In this document: positions 1 to 9,552 of the stretch, one piece after another
Numbering within the stretch: the stretch's first letter is position 1
Layout of the letters: each line of letters begins with the position of its first letter
Assembly (NCBI GenBank): GCA_963809895.1
Contig: CAWELD010000004.1
Span: 160,001 to 224,000 of the forward strand
Length of the DNA: 64,000 nucleotides
Direction of reading: 5' to 3'
From: an uncultured Gemmatimonadales bacterium
GTDB taxonomy: Bacteria > Gemmatimonadota > Gemmatimonadetes > Longimicrobiales > Gaopeijiaceae
Program-made: the position numbers and the translations under genes
The notes under the pieces: generated by a model
The model's database searches: none
The model's input: the letters and a program-made list of their open reading frames with translations, nothing else
What the model was told of the DNA's origin: nothing

Positions 1-282
1 GAGCTCGTCCAACTCACGGGTGTGGGTACTCGAGGCCAGGGCCTCCAGCCCGGTGCGTCGGCCCGAGGGGCTCACGCCGCTCCCGGGACTGGTCAACGTC
101 ACCGACGCGAAACCGGCACCGGCCACCGCGTCGGCCAGCCAGCGCAGGAGTCCCGTATCCGCCGTTTCCAGGAATCCGGGCACGAGGATCACGGCGCCCC
201 GGGGCGGCGGCCCTTCCGGGATACGCACCCGACCCCAGAGCGCGCCGTGGGGCAGGTCGCGCACGAAGGTGCGCTGGATCAC
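1..282 (-). CDS. Partial alpha/beta-hydrolase-fold protein (runs off window start)
   Basis: GTG at 282 overlaps the TGA of the upstream adenosyltransferase; manual translation MIQRTFVRDLPHGALWGRVRIPEGPPPRGAVILVPGFLETADTGLLRWLADAVAGAGFASVTL resembles an alpha/beta hydrolase N-terminus. Confidence 0.55.
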   Translation of the reverse strand, partial: MIQRTFVRDLPHGALWGRVRIPEGPPPRGAVILVPGFLETADTGLLRWLADAVAGAGFASVTLTSPGSGVSPSGRRTGLEALASSTHTRELDEL

Positions 283-830
283 TTCATCCAGACCACGTCC
301 GCCACGCCGGCCCTGTGGTTTTCCAGACGCGCCAGGGCGAAGCACAGGTCGCTCAGGCGGTTCAGGAAGGGGATCAGGTCCTCTTCCACGGGCTCGCGGG
401 TGGCCAGTCGCACCACCGCGCGCTCCGCCCGGCGGCACACGGTGCGAGCCACGTGCAGCGCGGCGGCACCGGGCGAGCCCCCCGGCAGCACGAACTCCTT
501 GAGCGCCGGCAGCTCGGCCTCCGCCTCGTCGATCCAGCCTTCCATCTCGGCGATGCGCGCCGACGGAAAGACGGGCAGGTGCGCGTGGCGGCTGCCGTCC
601 TCCCGGGGCGGGGTGCTCAGATCGGCGCCCACGGCGAAGAGATCGTGTTGGAGCGCGGCCAGACGCCCACGAATGCCCTCGTCCACCACCGCCGTGGTGG
701 CCCATCCCAGGACCGCGTTGAGCTCGTCCACCGTGCCGTAGGCCGCCACGCGTGGATGGTCCTTGGAGACGCGGCCTCCACCGAAGAGGGCCGTCTCGCC
801 GGCGTCGCCGGTGCGCGTGTAGATCTTCAT
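279..830 (-). CDS. pduO: ATP:cob(I)alamin adenosyltransferase, PduO type
   Basis: MKIYTRTGDAGET, AYGTVDELN, LHVARTVCRRAER, FLNRLSD motifs. Confidence 0.93.
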   Translation of the reverse strand: MKIYTRTGDAGETALFGGGRVSKDHPRVAAYGTVDELNAVLGWATTAVVDEGIRGRLAALQHDLFAVGADLSTPPREDGSRHAHLPVFPSARIAEMEGWIDEAEAELPALKEFVLPGGSPGAAALHVARTVCRRAERAVVRLATREPVEEDLIPFLNRLSDLCFALARLENHRAGVADVVWMK

Positions 831-1084
831 CGCAGCTTGGTCAGGTTTCGGAGGGCCTGGGCCCGCTCCAACAGGCTCCCCACGGACGAACTCTCCTCCG
901 GATCTTCGGCGGGGGTGGCGATGAGATCGCGGATGTCGAGCAGGACCTCGAGCTGGAGCTGGTCGCGCTGGAACTCGAAGTCCAGCCGCGCCATGGCGTC
1001 CGGGTCCTCCTGGCTCTTCGCCGCCTCGAACGCTTCGCGGTAGACGCTCTCCAGACTCCCCAGCACGCGTTCTCGATTGCGCAT
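827..1084 (-). CDS. Small helical hypothetical protein
   Basis: MRNRERVLGSLESVYREAF...LRNLTKLR; AGGAG RBS; ATGA overlap with pduO. Confidence 0.7.
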   Translation of the reverse strand: MRNRERVLGSLESVYREAFEAAKSQEDPDAMARLDFEFQRDQLQLEVLLDIRDLIATPAEDPEESSSVGSLLERAQALRNLTKLR

Positions 1085-1161
1085 CGTGCTCCTTCGCGTT
1101 GCGGGCCCTATGTTGTCACTACTCGGACAACGGTACACGGATCGGGAGGGCAGGGCATCCC

Positions 1162-1554
1162 ATGGACGCACACGACCTCGAACAGGATCCCCGGTCACGC
1201 CGGGCCAACGTCCTCTACTGGGAATCCGATTCCAGCGTCAACGACATCGCCGACGACCTGGACCTCTCCAAGGGCACGCTCTACGGCCTCATCCGTCCGC
1301 TGCCCGCCGACGTGGAGTGCCCGGAGTGCGGCGCCGAGCTGGAGTATGCGAACCGCACCGCCCGGGACAAGGCTTTCGTGTCGTGCTCGTCGTGCGGCTT
1401 CGAAGAGGAGGAGGAGTTGGTCCGCCAGGCCGCGGCCTTCACCGAGTCGCCCGGCGGGACCTCGGCGCCGGCGAGCCGGAGCGCCATGCTGGCCACGGCG
1501 TTTCTCGGCGCCGCGGCGGGCATCGTGCTGGCCCGCTGGCTGCGCGGGCGCTGA
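1162..1554 (+). CDS. HTH + zinc-ribbon protein with C-terminal TM helix
   Basis: SVNDIADDLDLSKGTLY (HTH-like), CPECG and CSSCG pairs, hydrophobic tail AMLATAFLGAAAGIVLARW. Confidence 0.7.
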   Translation: MDAHDLEQDPRSRRANVLYWESDSSVNDIADDLDLSKGTLYGLIRPLPADVECPECGAELEYANRTARDKAFVSCSSCGFEEEEELVRQAAAFTESPGGTSAPASRSAMLATAFLGAAAGIVLARWLRGR

Positions 1555-1583
1555 CCGTCCCATCGCCGGCGGCTTGACGCGCC

Positions 1584-2894
1584 ATGGCCACCAACGTCCG
1601 CGACCCACGCACCATCATCACCCCGGATGCCTTCCGGGTGGACCCCTCGCTGCTGGGCATTCCCCTGGCTACCCCGGGGCGGCGCCTGATCGCGCTCCTC
1701 ATCGATCTGTTGGTGATCGGCGTGCTCACCGCGCTGACGAACAGCGTGTCGCTCTTCGTCTGGGGCGCCGTGGCCGTTTTTCTCCTGGCCATGGCCTTCC
1801 GCTCGCCGGGCGAGCGGCGGACCCAGATGACCTCCATGCTCTTCCGTGGCGCCACCGGTTGTCTGGGGCTGGTGATCCTCGTCAGCGTGTTGATCGGTTT
1901 CCTGGTGGTGCGCACGCAACGCTCCGACTTCTCGAATCTGGCCGAGATCCCGGGCGTGGACGTGCAGGGCGCGGGCGGCGAGGCTCCCGGGCTGGCCCAG
2001 GGCCTGGGTGCGCTGGTGGGGGCCGGTCAGTTCCGACGCGCCGACGACAGCACCGAGGCCCGGGCGGCGCTGGAGCGCATGCTGCGGCCCCTGGCCCGCT
2101 CCACCGGAGCCATGGAGGACGTGCGCGGCGCCGCCGACGGCATCCGGGAGCTCGCGCCCCCCGACGCCGAGTGGATCGAGGACCTGGACATCATCATCGA
2201 CCGTGCCGTGGCCTCGGTGGAGGAAGCGGCCCGGGAGCAGGCGCAGGAGGCGGCGGCCCGGGACACCTCTCAGGTGGCGGCGGAGGTGGCCGCGCTCTCC
2301 GACGCCGAGGCCCTGCAGGCACTGGCGACGCTCACCCGCGACTCCATCCCCACGTCGGGTCCCGAGGCGGAGCGCGTGAGGCTCCTGCGCGCCCGCCTGG
2401 CGCCGCTGGTGGCCGCCGACACGCTGAATTCACTGCGCCGCGCCCTGGACGACTCCGAAGATGAGCGCCGCGAGGCCGAGAGCGACCTGCAGAGCGCCCG
2501 CGCCGAGCTGACCTCCGACGAGCGAGGCTTCCTGGGCCTGCTCCGGGACATCTGGAACCAGGCCGGGTCGGCCATCGGGCTGTGGAGCGTGTACTTCACC
2601 GTGGCGCTCACCCTCAGCGGCGGTCAGACCGTGGGCAAGAAGCTCATGGGGCTCCGCGTCCTGCGCCTCGAGGGTGAGCCCATCACCTGGTGGTTCGCCT
2701 TCGAGCGCGCCGGGGGGTACGTGGCCGGGATCGCCACCGGCCTGATGGGGTTCGCACAGATCTTCTGGGATCCCAACCGCCAGTGCGTCCACGACAAGAT
2801 CGGCGCGACGGTGGTGGTCATCGACGGGGCGGAGCCCATCCCCGGCGCCTGGGAGGAAGCCTGGCGTCAGCAGACCGAGGAGGCGAAGCCGTGA
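1584..2894 (+). CDS. RDD family membrane protein with long soluble insertion
   Basis: LATPGRRLIALLIDLL, GQTVGKKLMGLRV, RQCVHDKIGATVV. Confidence 0.85.
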   Translation: MATNVRDPRTIITPDAFRVDPSLLGIPLATPGRRLIALLIDLLVIGVLTALTNSVSLFVWGAVAVFLLAMAFRSPGERRTQMTSMLFRGATGCLGLVILVSVLIGFLVVRTQRSDFSNLAEIPGVDVQGAGGEAPGLAQGLGALVGAGQFRRADDSTEARAALERMLRPLARSTGAMEDVRGAADGIRELAPPDAEWIEDLDIIIDRAVASVEEAAREQAQEAAARDTSQVAAEVAALSDAEALQALATLTRDSIPTSGPEAERVRLLRARLAPLVAADTLNSLRRALDDSEDERREAESDLQSARAELTSDERGFLGLLRDIWNQAGSAIGLWSVYFTVALTLSGGQTVGKKLMGLRVLRLEGEPITWWFAFERAGGYVAGIATGLMGFAQIFWDPNRQCVHDKIGATVVVIDGAEPIPGAWEEAWRQQTEEAKP

Positions 2895-3740
2895 ACCGTT
2901 TCGAGACCGAAACCGTCCCCGAGCGCGAAGGCAGCGGGTCCGTCGAGGACCGGTTCGAACCGCGCGTGATCATGACGGTACCGGACCGTCACAGCCCCAA
3001 GCTCCGGACCCTCATGGAGCTGGTGAACGCCGACGACGACCTCTACGCGCTCTGGCTCGCATCGAACGTCACCGCCATCGAGCGCCTGGGGATGACGGAT
3101 CACGGGCCCGTGCACGTGAAGATCGTCATGAACATCGCGGTGCGCATGCTCCGGCTCCTCCTGGACGCCGACGTGACGCCGGCGGTGGTGGCGGACTACG
3201 AGATGGAGCCTGCCGACGCGGAGATCGTGGTGGCGCTGGCGGCGCTGCTCCACGACGTGGGCATGTCCATCCACCGCGACGACCACGAGTCGTTCTCGCT
3301 CTTCCTGGCCCGGGACAAGCTCAAGACGATCCTGCCCGAGCTCTACGACCCGCGCACCGCCGCCATCCTCACCTCCGAGGTGCTGCACGCCATCATCTCA
3401 CACCGGTCGGGCGGGCGTCCCCTCACGATGGAGGCGGGCGTCGTCCGCATCGCCGACGCGCTGGACATGGCCAAGGGGCGCTCCCGCATCCCGTTCGAGG
3501 CCGGCTCACTGAGCATCCACTCCATCTCGGCCGCCGCCATCGAAGCCGTGCACATCGAGAAGGGCGAGAGCGAGGCCCATCCGGCTACGCGTGGAGATGA
3601 CCAACTCCGCCGGTGTCTTCCAGCTCGACCAGCTCTTCCGCCAGAAACTCCGGGGGAGCGGCGTGGAGGAGTACGTCGAGGTGGAGGCGGTCCTGGCCGG
3701 CGAGACCGAGAAGCGCCTGTTGAGGGACTTCCGCTTCTGA
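2891..3740 (+). CDS. HD-domain phosphohydrolase (+1 frameshift near 3570)
   Basis: GTG at 2891; DHGPVH, LLHDVGMSIHR, IISH, IADALD; C-terminus PIRLRVEMTNSAGVFQLDQL...RDFRF* continues in the next frame to TGA 3740. Confidence 0.8.
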
Positions 3741-3766
3741 GTGCGCCGGCGCGAGCTTGGTAGACC

Positions 3767-4504
3767 ATGGATGTCACCGTGTCGTTCCCCCTGGCCTTCG
3801 CCGCAGGCCTCGTCTCGTTTCTCTCTCCCTGCGTCCTCCCCGTGGTGCCCGGATATCTGACCTTCGTCTCGGGTATGACGCTGGAGGAGCTCGAGCGGGG
3901 GGATCGGCCCAGAGCGCGTCGTCGCGCGCTGCTGCACGCCGTGTTCTTCGGAGCGGGCTTCGGCCTGGTCTTCATGACCCTGGGCGTCGCGGCGTCCGCG
4001 GCGGGGCAGGCGCTGGCGCGTTGGCTTCCTCTCGTCACCCGCATCGGAGGCGTCGTGGTCATCGCCTTCGGGCTGCACCTCCTGGGCGTGCTCCGACCGT
4101 GGTGGCTGCTGCGCGAGCGGCGGGTACACCTCGCCTCGAAGCCCGCCGGACTCCTGGGCTCGTTGGCGGTCGGGATCGCGTTCGGAGCCGGCTGGACGCC
4201 GTGCATCGGGCCGGTCCTGGCGTCCATCCTATTCTTCGCCGGGCTCGAGCAGACCATGGTGCGTGGAGGCCTGCTGCTGGCCACGTACGGCCTCGGCCTC
4301 GCCGTGCCGTTCCTGGGCGCGGCCATGGCCTTCAACTGGTTCCTGGCGGGGTCGCGACGGATCCAACGGTGGCTCCCGTGGGTCGAACGAGGCGCGGGAC
4401 TCGTCCTCGTGGCGCTGGGCCTGCTCATGGCCACTGGACAGTTCGCGGCGTTGAGCGCATTCCTGGCCGACATGGGCCAGCTCATCACATTGGAGCAGAC
4501 ATGA
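3767..4504 (+). CDS. ccdA: Cytochrome c biogenesis/thiol-disulfide transporter CcdA
   Basis: FAAGLVSFLSPCVLP and FGAGWTPCIGPVL motifs. Confidence 0.92.
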   Translation: MDVTVSFPLAFAAGLVSFLSPCVLPVVPGYLTFVSGMTLEELERGDRPRARRRALLHAVFFGAGFGLVFMTLGVAASAAGQALARWLPLVTRIGGVVVIAFGLHLLGVLRPWWLLRERRVHLASKPAGLLGSLAVGIAFGAGWTPCIGPVLASILFFAGLEQTMVRGGLLLATYGLGLAVPFLGAAMAFNWFLAGSRRIQRWLPWVERGAGLVLVALGLLMATGQFAALSAFLADMGQLITLEQT

Positions 4505-5286
4505 TCGCCAGCCACCGTAGAGCCGGCGTTTCCGCATATCTCCTGACCACCGCCCTGGTGCTCGCTGCGTGCGGCGCCGAAGAGGCGCGCTCCGGCGGAG
4601 GCACGGCCGACGCTTCGGCCGCCATGCTGGAGGCCCGCACGGACCCGGGTCTGGGTACCGGGCAGTCCGTCCCCCTGGCCAACGGCGGAGCCTCCTCTTC
4701 GCGGGGCCGCCCCCTGAGGGCGCCGGCCTCCGACGAGCCCGTCGACGTGGCCGCGCTCGGATACGACGTGGGCGCCCAGGACGCGCCCATCCAGATCGTG
4801 GAGTTCAGCGATTTCGGATGCGGGTACTGCGGCAAGTTCCACCGTGAGATCTTCCCGGTCCTGGAACGGGAGTACGTGGCGACGGGCAAGGTGCAGTGGA
4901 AGTACGTGCCCATGATCCTCGGCATCTTCTCCAACGCCGAAGAGGCGGCCCGGGCCGGCGAGTGCGCCGGCGAGCAGGGCCACTTCGCCGACATGCGCGA
5001 CCGTCTCTTCGGCACGCAGGGCGAGTGGAAGAACGCCGACGATCCAGCCGCCCACTTCGTGGACTACGCCGAAGAGCTGGGGCTCGACGTCGCACGCTAC
5101 CAGCGCTGCGTCGACGAAGGCTGGAGAGATCCGCGCATCGTCGCCGGCACCCGCCTGTCTCAGCAGGTAGGCGTGCGGGGCACGCCCACGTTCTTCATCG
5201 TGGGCTATGCACCGATTCCCGGCATGCTCCCCCTGGACCTCTTCCGGCAGGTGCTGGACACGGTGTACGTGGAGCGCACGCGCTAG
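4501..5286 (+). CDS. DsbA-fold thioredoxin-like lipoprotein
   Basis: LAAC lipobox, EFSDFGCGYC, GVRGTPTF cis-Pro motif; ATGA overlap with ccdA. Confidence 0.85.
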   Translation: MIASHRRAGVSAYLLTTALVLAACGAEEARSGGGTADASAAMLEARTDPGLGTGQSVPLANGGASSSRGRPLRAPASDEPVDVAALGYDVGAQDAPIQIVEFSDFGCGYCGKFHREIFPVLEREYVATGKVQWKYVPMILGIFSNAEEAARAGECAGEQGHFADMRDRLFGTQGEWKNADDPAAHFVDYAEELGLDVARYQRCVDEGWRDPRIVAGTRLSQQVGVRGTPTFFIVGYAPIPGMLPLDLFRQVLDTVYVERTR

Positions 5287-5402
5287 CAGGTCGCTTGCGA
5301 AGGGTGTCAATGGCGCGGCGGGTGGCGCGCCCGGCCCCCCGGGGCGCACATTGGGTCCCCTTACGAAGCCCCTCGGATCCAATGCGTTCTTCTGGAGGAC
5401 CC

Positions 5403-7946
5403 ATGCGCCGTTTCACGCTCCAGGGCGCCGGCGTGGCCCTGGCCCTTCTGGCCACCCTCGCACCCGTATCGGCCCAGCAGGGTGGCGGCAGCGGTGACAG
5501 CCTGCCGTCCATCGCGTCGAAGACCGAGGGAATGGAGAAGCTGGACGGCTTCATTCCCGTCTACTGGGACACCAAGGCCGGCAAGCTCTGGCTGGAGATC
5601 GGTCTCTGGAACCAGGACATCCTCCACTACACCTCGCTGCCCGCCGGCTTCGGTCAGAACGACATCGGGCTGAACCGGGGAGATCTGGGCGGCTCGCGGG
5701 TGGTCCAGTTCCGGCGCGTGGGGCCCAAGGTGTTCATGGAGGAGGCCAACCAACGCTACCGGGCGATCAGCGACGATCCCATGGAGCGGAAGTCCGTCGA
5801 GGACGGCTTCCCGTCGTCGATCCAGTGGGGATTCAAGGTGGCGGCCGAGACCGACGACCGGGTCCTGGTGGACGCCACGGACTTCTTCCTGCGCGACTGG
5901 CACGACGTCATCGGCACCCTCCGGCGGTCCAACCAGGGCACCTTTCGCCTGGATGACAGCCGCAGCGCGCCCTACCGTCCGCGCACGAAGGTCTTTCCGG
6001 AGAACACCGAGGTGGAGGTCACCCTCACCTTCACCAGCGATCAGCCCGGAGGCCTGGTGCGGAGCGTGGCCGCGGACGGCAACGCCGTAACGGTGCGGGA
6101 GCACCACTCCTTCGTGAAGCTGCCGGAGCTGGGCACCTACACGCCGCGCGAGTTCGATCCCCGGGGCGGCTACGGCGCCCTCAGCTACTACGACTTCGCC
6201 ACACCCATCGGCGATCCTCTGGTGAAGCGCTACATCCGGCGTCACCGCCTGGTGAAGCAGGATCCCACGGCAGCGGTGAGCGATCCGGTGGAGCCCATCG
6301 TCTACTACCTGGACCCGGGCACGCCCGAGCCGGTGCGCACGGCCCTCCTCACCGGCGGAGGCTGGTGGGCCGAAGCCTTCGAGGCCGCAGGCTTCAGCAA
6401 CGCCTTCCGCATGGAGATGCTGCCCGACACGGCGGATCCCATGGATGCCCGTTACAACGTGGTGCAGTGGGTGCACCGCTCCACCCGGGGATGGAGCTAC
6501 GGCAACTCCCTGGTGGACCCGCGCACGGGTGAGATCCTCAAGGGGCACGTCACGCTGGGGTCGCTGCGCGTGCGTCAGGACTACCTCATCGGCGAGGCCC
6601 TGACCTCACCCTACGAGACCGGCAACGAGACGCCCGACGACGTCATGGGGATGTCGCTGCTGCGCATTCGTCAGCTGGCAGCCCACGAGATCGGGCACAC
6701 CCTGGGCCTCAGCCACAACTACATCGCCAGCTCGCAGCGCGCGGCGGGGAACCAGTCGGTCATGGACTATCCCCACCCACGCATCACCCTGCGCCCCGAC
6801 GGCACCGTCGACGTCACCCAGGCCTACGACGAGGGCATCGGAGAGTGGGACAAGGTGGCCATCACCTGGGGCTACGCGCAGTACCCGGAGGGCACCGACG
6901 AGCAGGCGGCCGGCGACAGCGTGCTCATGGCGGCCGCGGCCCGGGGCGTGACCTTCCTCACCGATCAGGACGCGCGGCCCGCCGGGAGCGCCCATCCCCA
7001 GACGCATCTGTGGGACAACGGCACCGACGTCGCCGCCGAGCTGGACCGCATGATGGACGTGCGGCGGGCCGCCATGCAGCGCTTCGGCGAGCGGGCGATC
7101 CGCACGCACGAGCCCATGGCCACCATCGAAGAAGCGCTGGTGCCCCTCTACCTCTTCCATCGCTACCAGGCGGAGGCCACGGCCAAGGTGGTGGGCGGCC
7201 TGTACTACACGTACGCCCTGCGGGGTGACGGCCAGGAGCCGTTGCACCGCGTGCCGGCCCAGGCGCAGCGCCGCGCGCTGGCCTCGCTCATGCGCACCCT
7301 GTCCCCCCGCGAGCTCCGGCTTCCCCAGGCCGTGCTCGCCGACATCCCGCCGCGTCCCAACGGGTACGCCGGGGCGGGCGAGCTCTTCGACCGCTGGACC
7401 GGTCTCACCTTCGATGCCGTGTCGCCCGCCGCCGCCGCGGCCGATGCCACGCTGCAGTTCCTGCTCCAGGACGAGCGGGCGGCGAGGCTGGTCGAGCAGA
7501 AGGCCCTCGACCCCTCCATGCCGGGACTGGGAGACGTGCTCGCCCAACTCTGGACCACGCTCTTCGAGTACCAGGCGCCGGACGGATACGCCGCGGAAAT
7601 CAACCGGACCGTGCAGCGGGTCTACGTGGACCGGCTGATGGCCCTGGCCACGTCGGCCGGGATGCCGCAGGTGCGCGCCATGGCCAGCTTCGAGCTGCAG
7701 CGTATCCAGGACCGCCTCGAGGAGCGCACCGACGACAGCGAGGCGCAGCAGGCGCAGGCGTTCCTGATCCAGAACGACATCCAGCGCTACCTGTCGCGGC
7801 CCATGGAGCCCGGCCGCACACCGGGAACTCCGGGAGCCCCTCCCGGAAGCCCCATCGGCTCGCGGGGCCCGGATTGGCTGGAGCCCGTCAACGGCGTGTG
7901 GATGGTGGTGCCGGACAGCCCCCTCTACTGCACCGACGGAGGCTGA
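5403..7946 (+). CDS. Secreted zinc-dependent metalloprotease (metzincin, DUF5117/DUF4953-like)
   Basis: Signal peptide; FDPRGGY, PIVYYLD, DPRTGEILKG, HEIGHTLGLSH, SVMDY Met-turn. Confidence 0.88.
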   Translation: MRRFTLQGAGVALALLATLAPVSAQQGGGSGDSLPSIASKTEGMEKLDGFIPVYWDTKAGKLWLEIGLWNQDILHYTSLPAGFGQNDIGLNRGDLGGSRVVQFRRVGPKVFMEEANQRYRAISDDPMERKSVEDGFPSSIQWGFKVAAETDDRVLVDATDFFLRDWHDVIGTLRRSNQGTFRLDDSRSAPYRPRTKVFPENTEVEVTLTFTSDQPGGLVRSVAADGNAVTVREHHSFVKLPELGTYTPREFDPRGGYGALSYYDFATPIGDPLVKRYIRRHRLVKQDPTAAVSDPVEPIVYYLDPGTPEPVRTALLTGGGWWAEAFEAAGFSNAFRMEMLPDTADPMDARYNVVQWVHRSTRGWSYGNSLVDPRTGEILKGHVTLGSLRVRQDYLIGEALTSPYETGNETPDDVMGMSLLRIRQLAAHEIGHTLGLSHNYIASSQRAAGNQSVMDYPHPRITLRPDGTVDVTQAYDEGIGEWDKVAITWGYAQYPEGTDEQAAGDSVLMAAAARGVTFLTDQDARPAGSAHPQTHLWDNGTDVAAELDRMMDVRRAAMQRFGERAIRTHEPMATIEEALVPLYLFHRYQAEATAKVVGGLYYTYALRGDGQEPLHRVPAQAQRRALASLMRTLSPRELRLPQAVLADIPPRPNGYAGAGELFDRWTGLTFDAVSPAAAAADATLQFLLQDERAARLVEQKALDPSMPGLGDVLAQLWTTLFEYQAPDGYAAEINRTVQRVYVDRLMALATSAGMPQVRAMASFELQRIQDRLEERTDDSEAQQAQAFLIQNDIQRYLSRPMEPGRTPGTPGAPPGSPIGSRGPDWLEPVNGVWMVVPDSPLYCTDGG

Positions 7947-8464
7947 GCGAGCCGCGGGCGGTGGTCGCGACGTCGGCCACCGCCCGTATCGCGTAGCGGT
8001 GCCAGCGCGTCCGCGTCCAGCTCGACGCTCGCCATGGTCCGGGGAGCGGTGCGCCCGTCGTAGAGGATCACGAACCAGACCGGCTCCACGTCGCGCCAGT
8101 CGTAGCGGACGGTGTCGGCCCCGACCACGAAGCGCAGCGGGCGGCGTTCCACCATGCGATGGGGCACGCCCAGGCTGTCCAGGAGCGCCCACGCCTGTGC
8201 CCGGTACCAGTTGGCGTCGTCGGCGATCGTGTAGAAGTCTTCGTCGCCCACGCGAGCACGCAGATCGATGAGCGTCGCCGAGTCGGGCTCGATGAAGAGG
8301 ACCACGGGAGTCGCGAGCACCGTGTCCACGGGCACGGTGTCCCCGGGCAGGGTGCTCTGGAGGGCGCCGAGGGGCCGCGAGCCCCCGGGCGAGACGCCGG
8401 CGACGAGGGCCGCCGTGGCCACCGCGGTCAGACCCGCGACACCGAGGACGAGGCGAGCGATCAT
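7925..8464 (-). CDS. Exported hypothetical protein
   Basis: MIARLVLGVAGLTAVATAALVAG signal-like start; protein-like body (EDFYTIADDANWY). Confidence 0.6.
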   Translation of the reverse strand: MIARLVLGVAGLTAVATAALVAGVSPGGSRPLGALQSTLPGDTVPVDTVLATPVVLFIEPDSATLIDLRARVGDEDFYTIADDANWYRAQAWALLDSLGVPHRMVERRPLRFVVGADTVRYDWRDVEPVWFVILYDGRTAPRTMASVELDADALAPLRDTGGGRRRDHRPRLAQPPSVQ

Positions 8465-8515
8465 GTTAGAATCATCATGTGCGTCGCCTGTCCCTGCCAA
8501 GCCCCACGTTTCCTG

Positions 8516-9013
8516 ATGCGAGCCGTCTTCGTCACGCCTCTGTGCGCACTGTCCGTCGCCCTCGCCGGGTTTGCGGGCCTTACCCCCGTGCAGGCCGAGG
8601 CGCAGGCCACGTTCGCAGTCACGGTCGGTGCGGGCTACGCGGTCGCAGACCCCCATGGATCCGGGGCGGTCGTCGCTACGCTGGAGCTGAACGGCCCCGG
8701 CCGGCTCGGGCTCCGGGCCTCCGCCGCGCGTGCGGTGGATGCCTTCTTCACGACCGCCGAGGCCCGCCTGGACCTGGAGACCGGCGTGTCCCTCTTCGTG
8801 CCCTACCTGGTGGCCGGTGGAGGCGTGGCCTTCCGGTCAGGCGCCGAGCGAGGCGTGCTGGCCGCGGGCGGCGGTCTCCGCACCCGCGTGAACGCCCGCA
8901 TCGATCTCTTCACCGAAGCCCGGCTGCTCGCCGTGTCCAACGAGGAGACCCGCAATCGCCCGGTACCCATCGTGGCCGGCGTCCGCATCCGCCTGGGCAG
9001 GGCGGCGCGCTAG
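8516..9013 (+). CDS. Small outer-membrane beta-barrel-like protein
   Basis: Signal peptide ending AEA-Q; amphipathic strands incl. PYLVAGGGV, AGVRIRL. Confidence 0.6.
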   Translation: MRAVFVTPLCALSVALAGFAGLTPVQAEAQATFAVTVGAGYAVADPHGSGAVVATLELNGPGRLGLRASAARAVDAFFTTAEARLDLETGVSLFVPYLVAGGGVAFRSGAERGVLAAGGGLRTRVNARIDLFTEARLLAVSNEETRNRPVPIVAGVRIRLGRAAR

Positions 9014-9077
9014 CGCCCACCGGCGCGATTCTTGAAGCGGTAGTGAGGGTGCTGCCTCCTTCCACAGGAGCGACACC

Positions 9078-9464
9078 ATGCTCATTCCCAGCCTCGCGGC
9101 TTTTTCGGCGCCGGCCCTCTTCCTGCTTCGCCTCATGCTGGCCCTGGTCTTCGCCTCCAGCGGCTGGTCCCACCTGACCTCGCCAAACGATCGCGCCGAG
9201 AGCATCGGTATGTCGGTGCCCTTCACGGCGGCGCTCGGCGCCGGAGAGCTGGCCGCGGCGGGGGCCCTGGTTCTGGGGATCTACCCTCAGATCGCGGGAC
9301 TCCTGCTCGTGGCGATCATGTGCGGCGCGGTCTACAAGAAGCTCTTCGTATGGCACACGGGCTTGTGGGGCGACCAGGCCCAGGGCTGGTACTACGACCT
9401 GTTGTATCTCGTTGGCAGCCTCGTCATCGTGACCACGGGCGGCGGAGCCTGGGCCCTGACCTGA
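9078..9464 (+). CDS. DoxX family membrane protein
   Basis: LLRLMLALVFASSGWSHL, ELAAAGALVLG, GGGAWAL; AGGAG RBS. Confidence 0.85.
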   Translation: MLIPSLAAFSAPALFLLRLMLALVFASSGWSHLTSPNDRAESIGMSVPFTAALGAGELAAAGALVLGIYPQIAGLLLVAIMCGAVYKKLFVWHTGLWGDQAQGWYYDLLYLVGSLVIVTTGGGAWALT

Positions 9465-9552
9465 CCTGACCCCGCCCGGGGCGTTTGCCGAACCGCCCTC
9501 GCCAGGGCACTGTTAGCCCTGTCCAGGAACGTGACCCTGCCAGACCGCGGAC

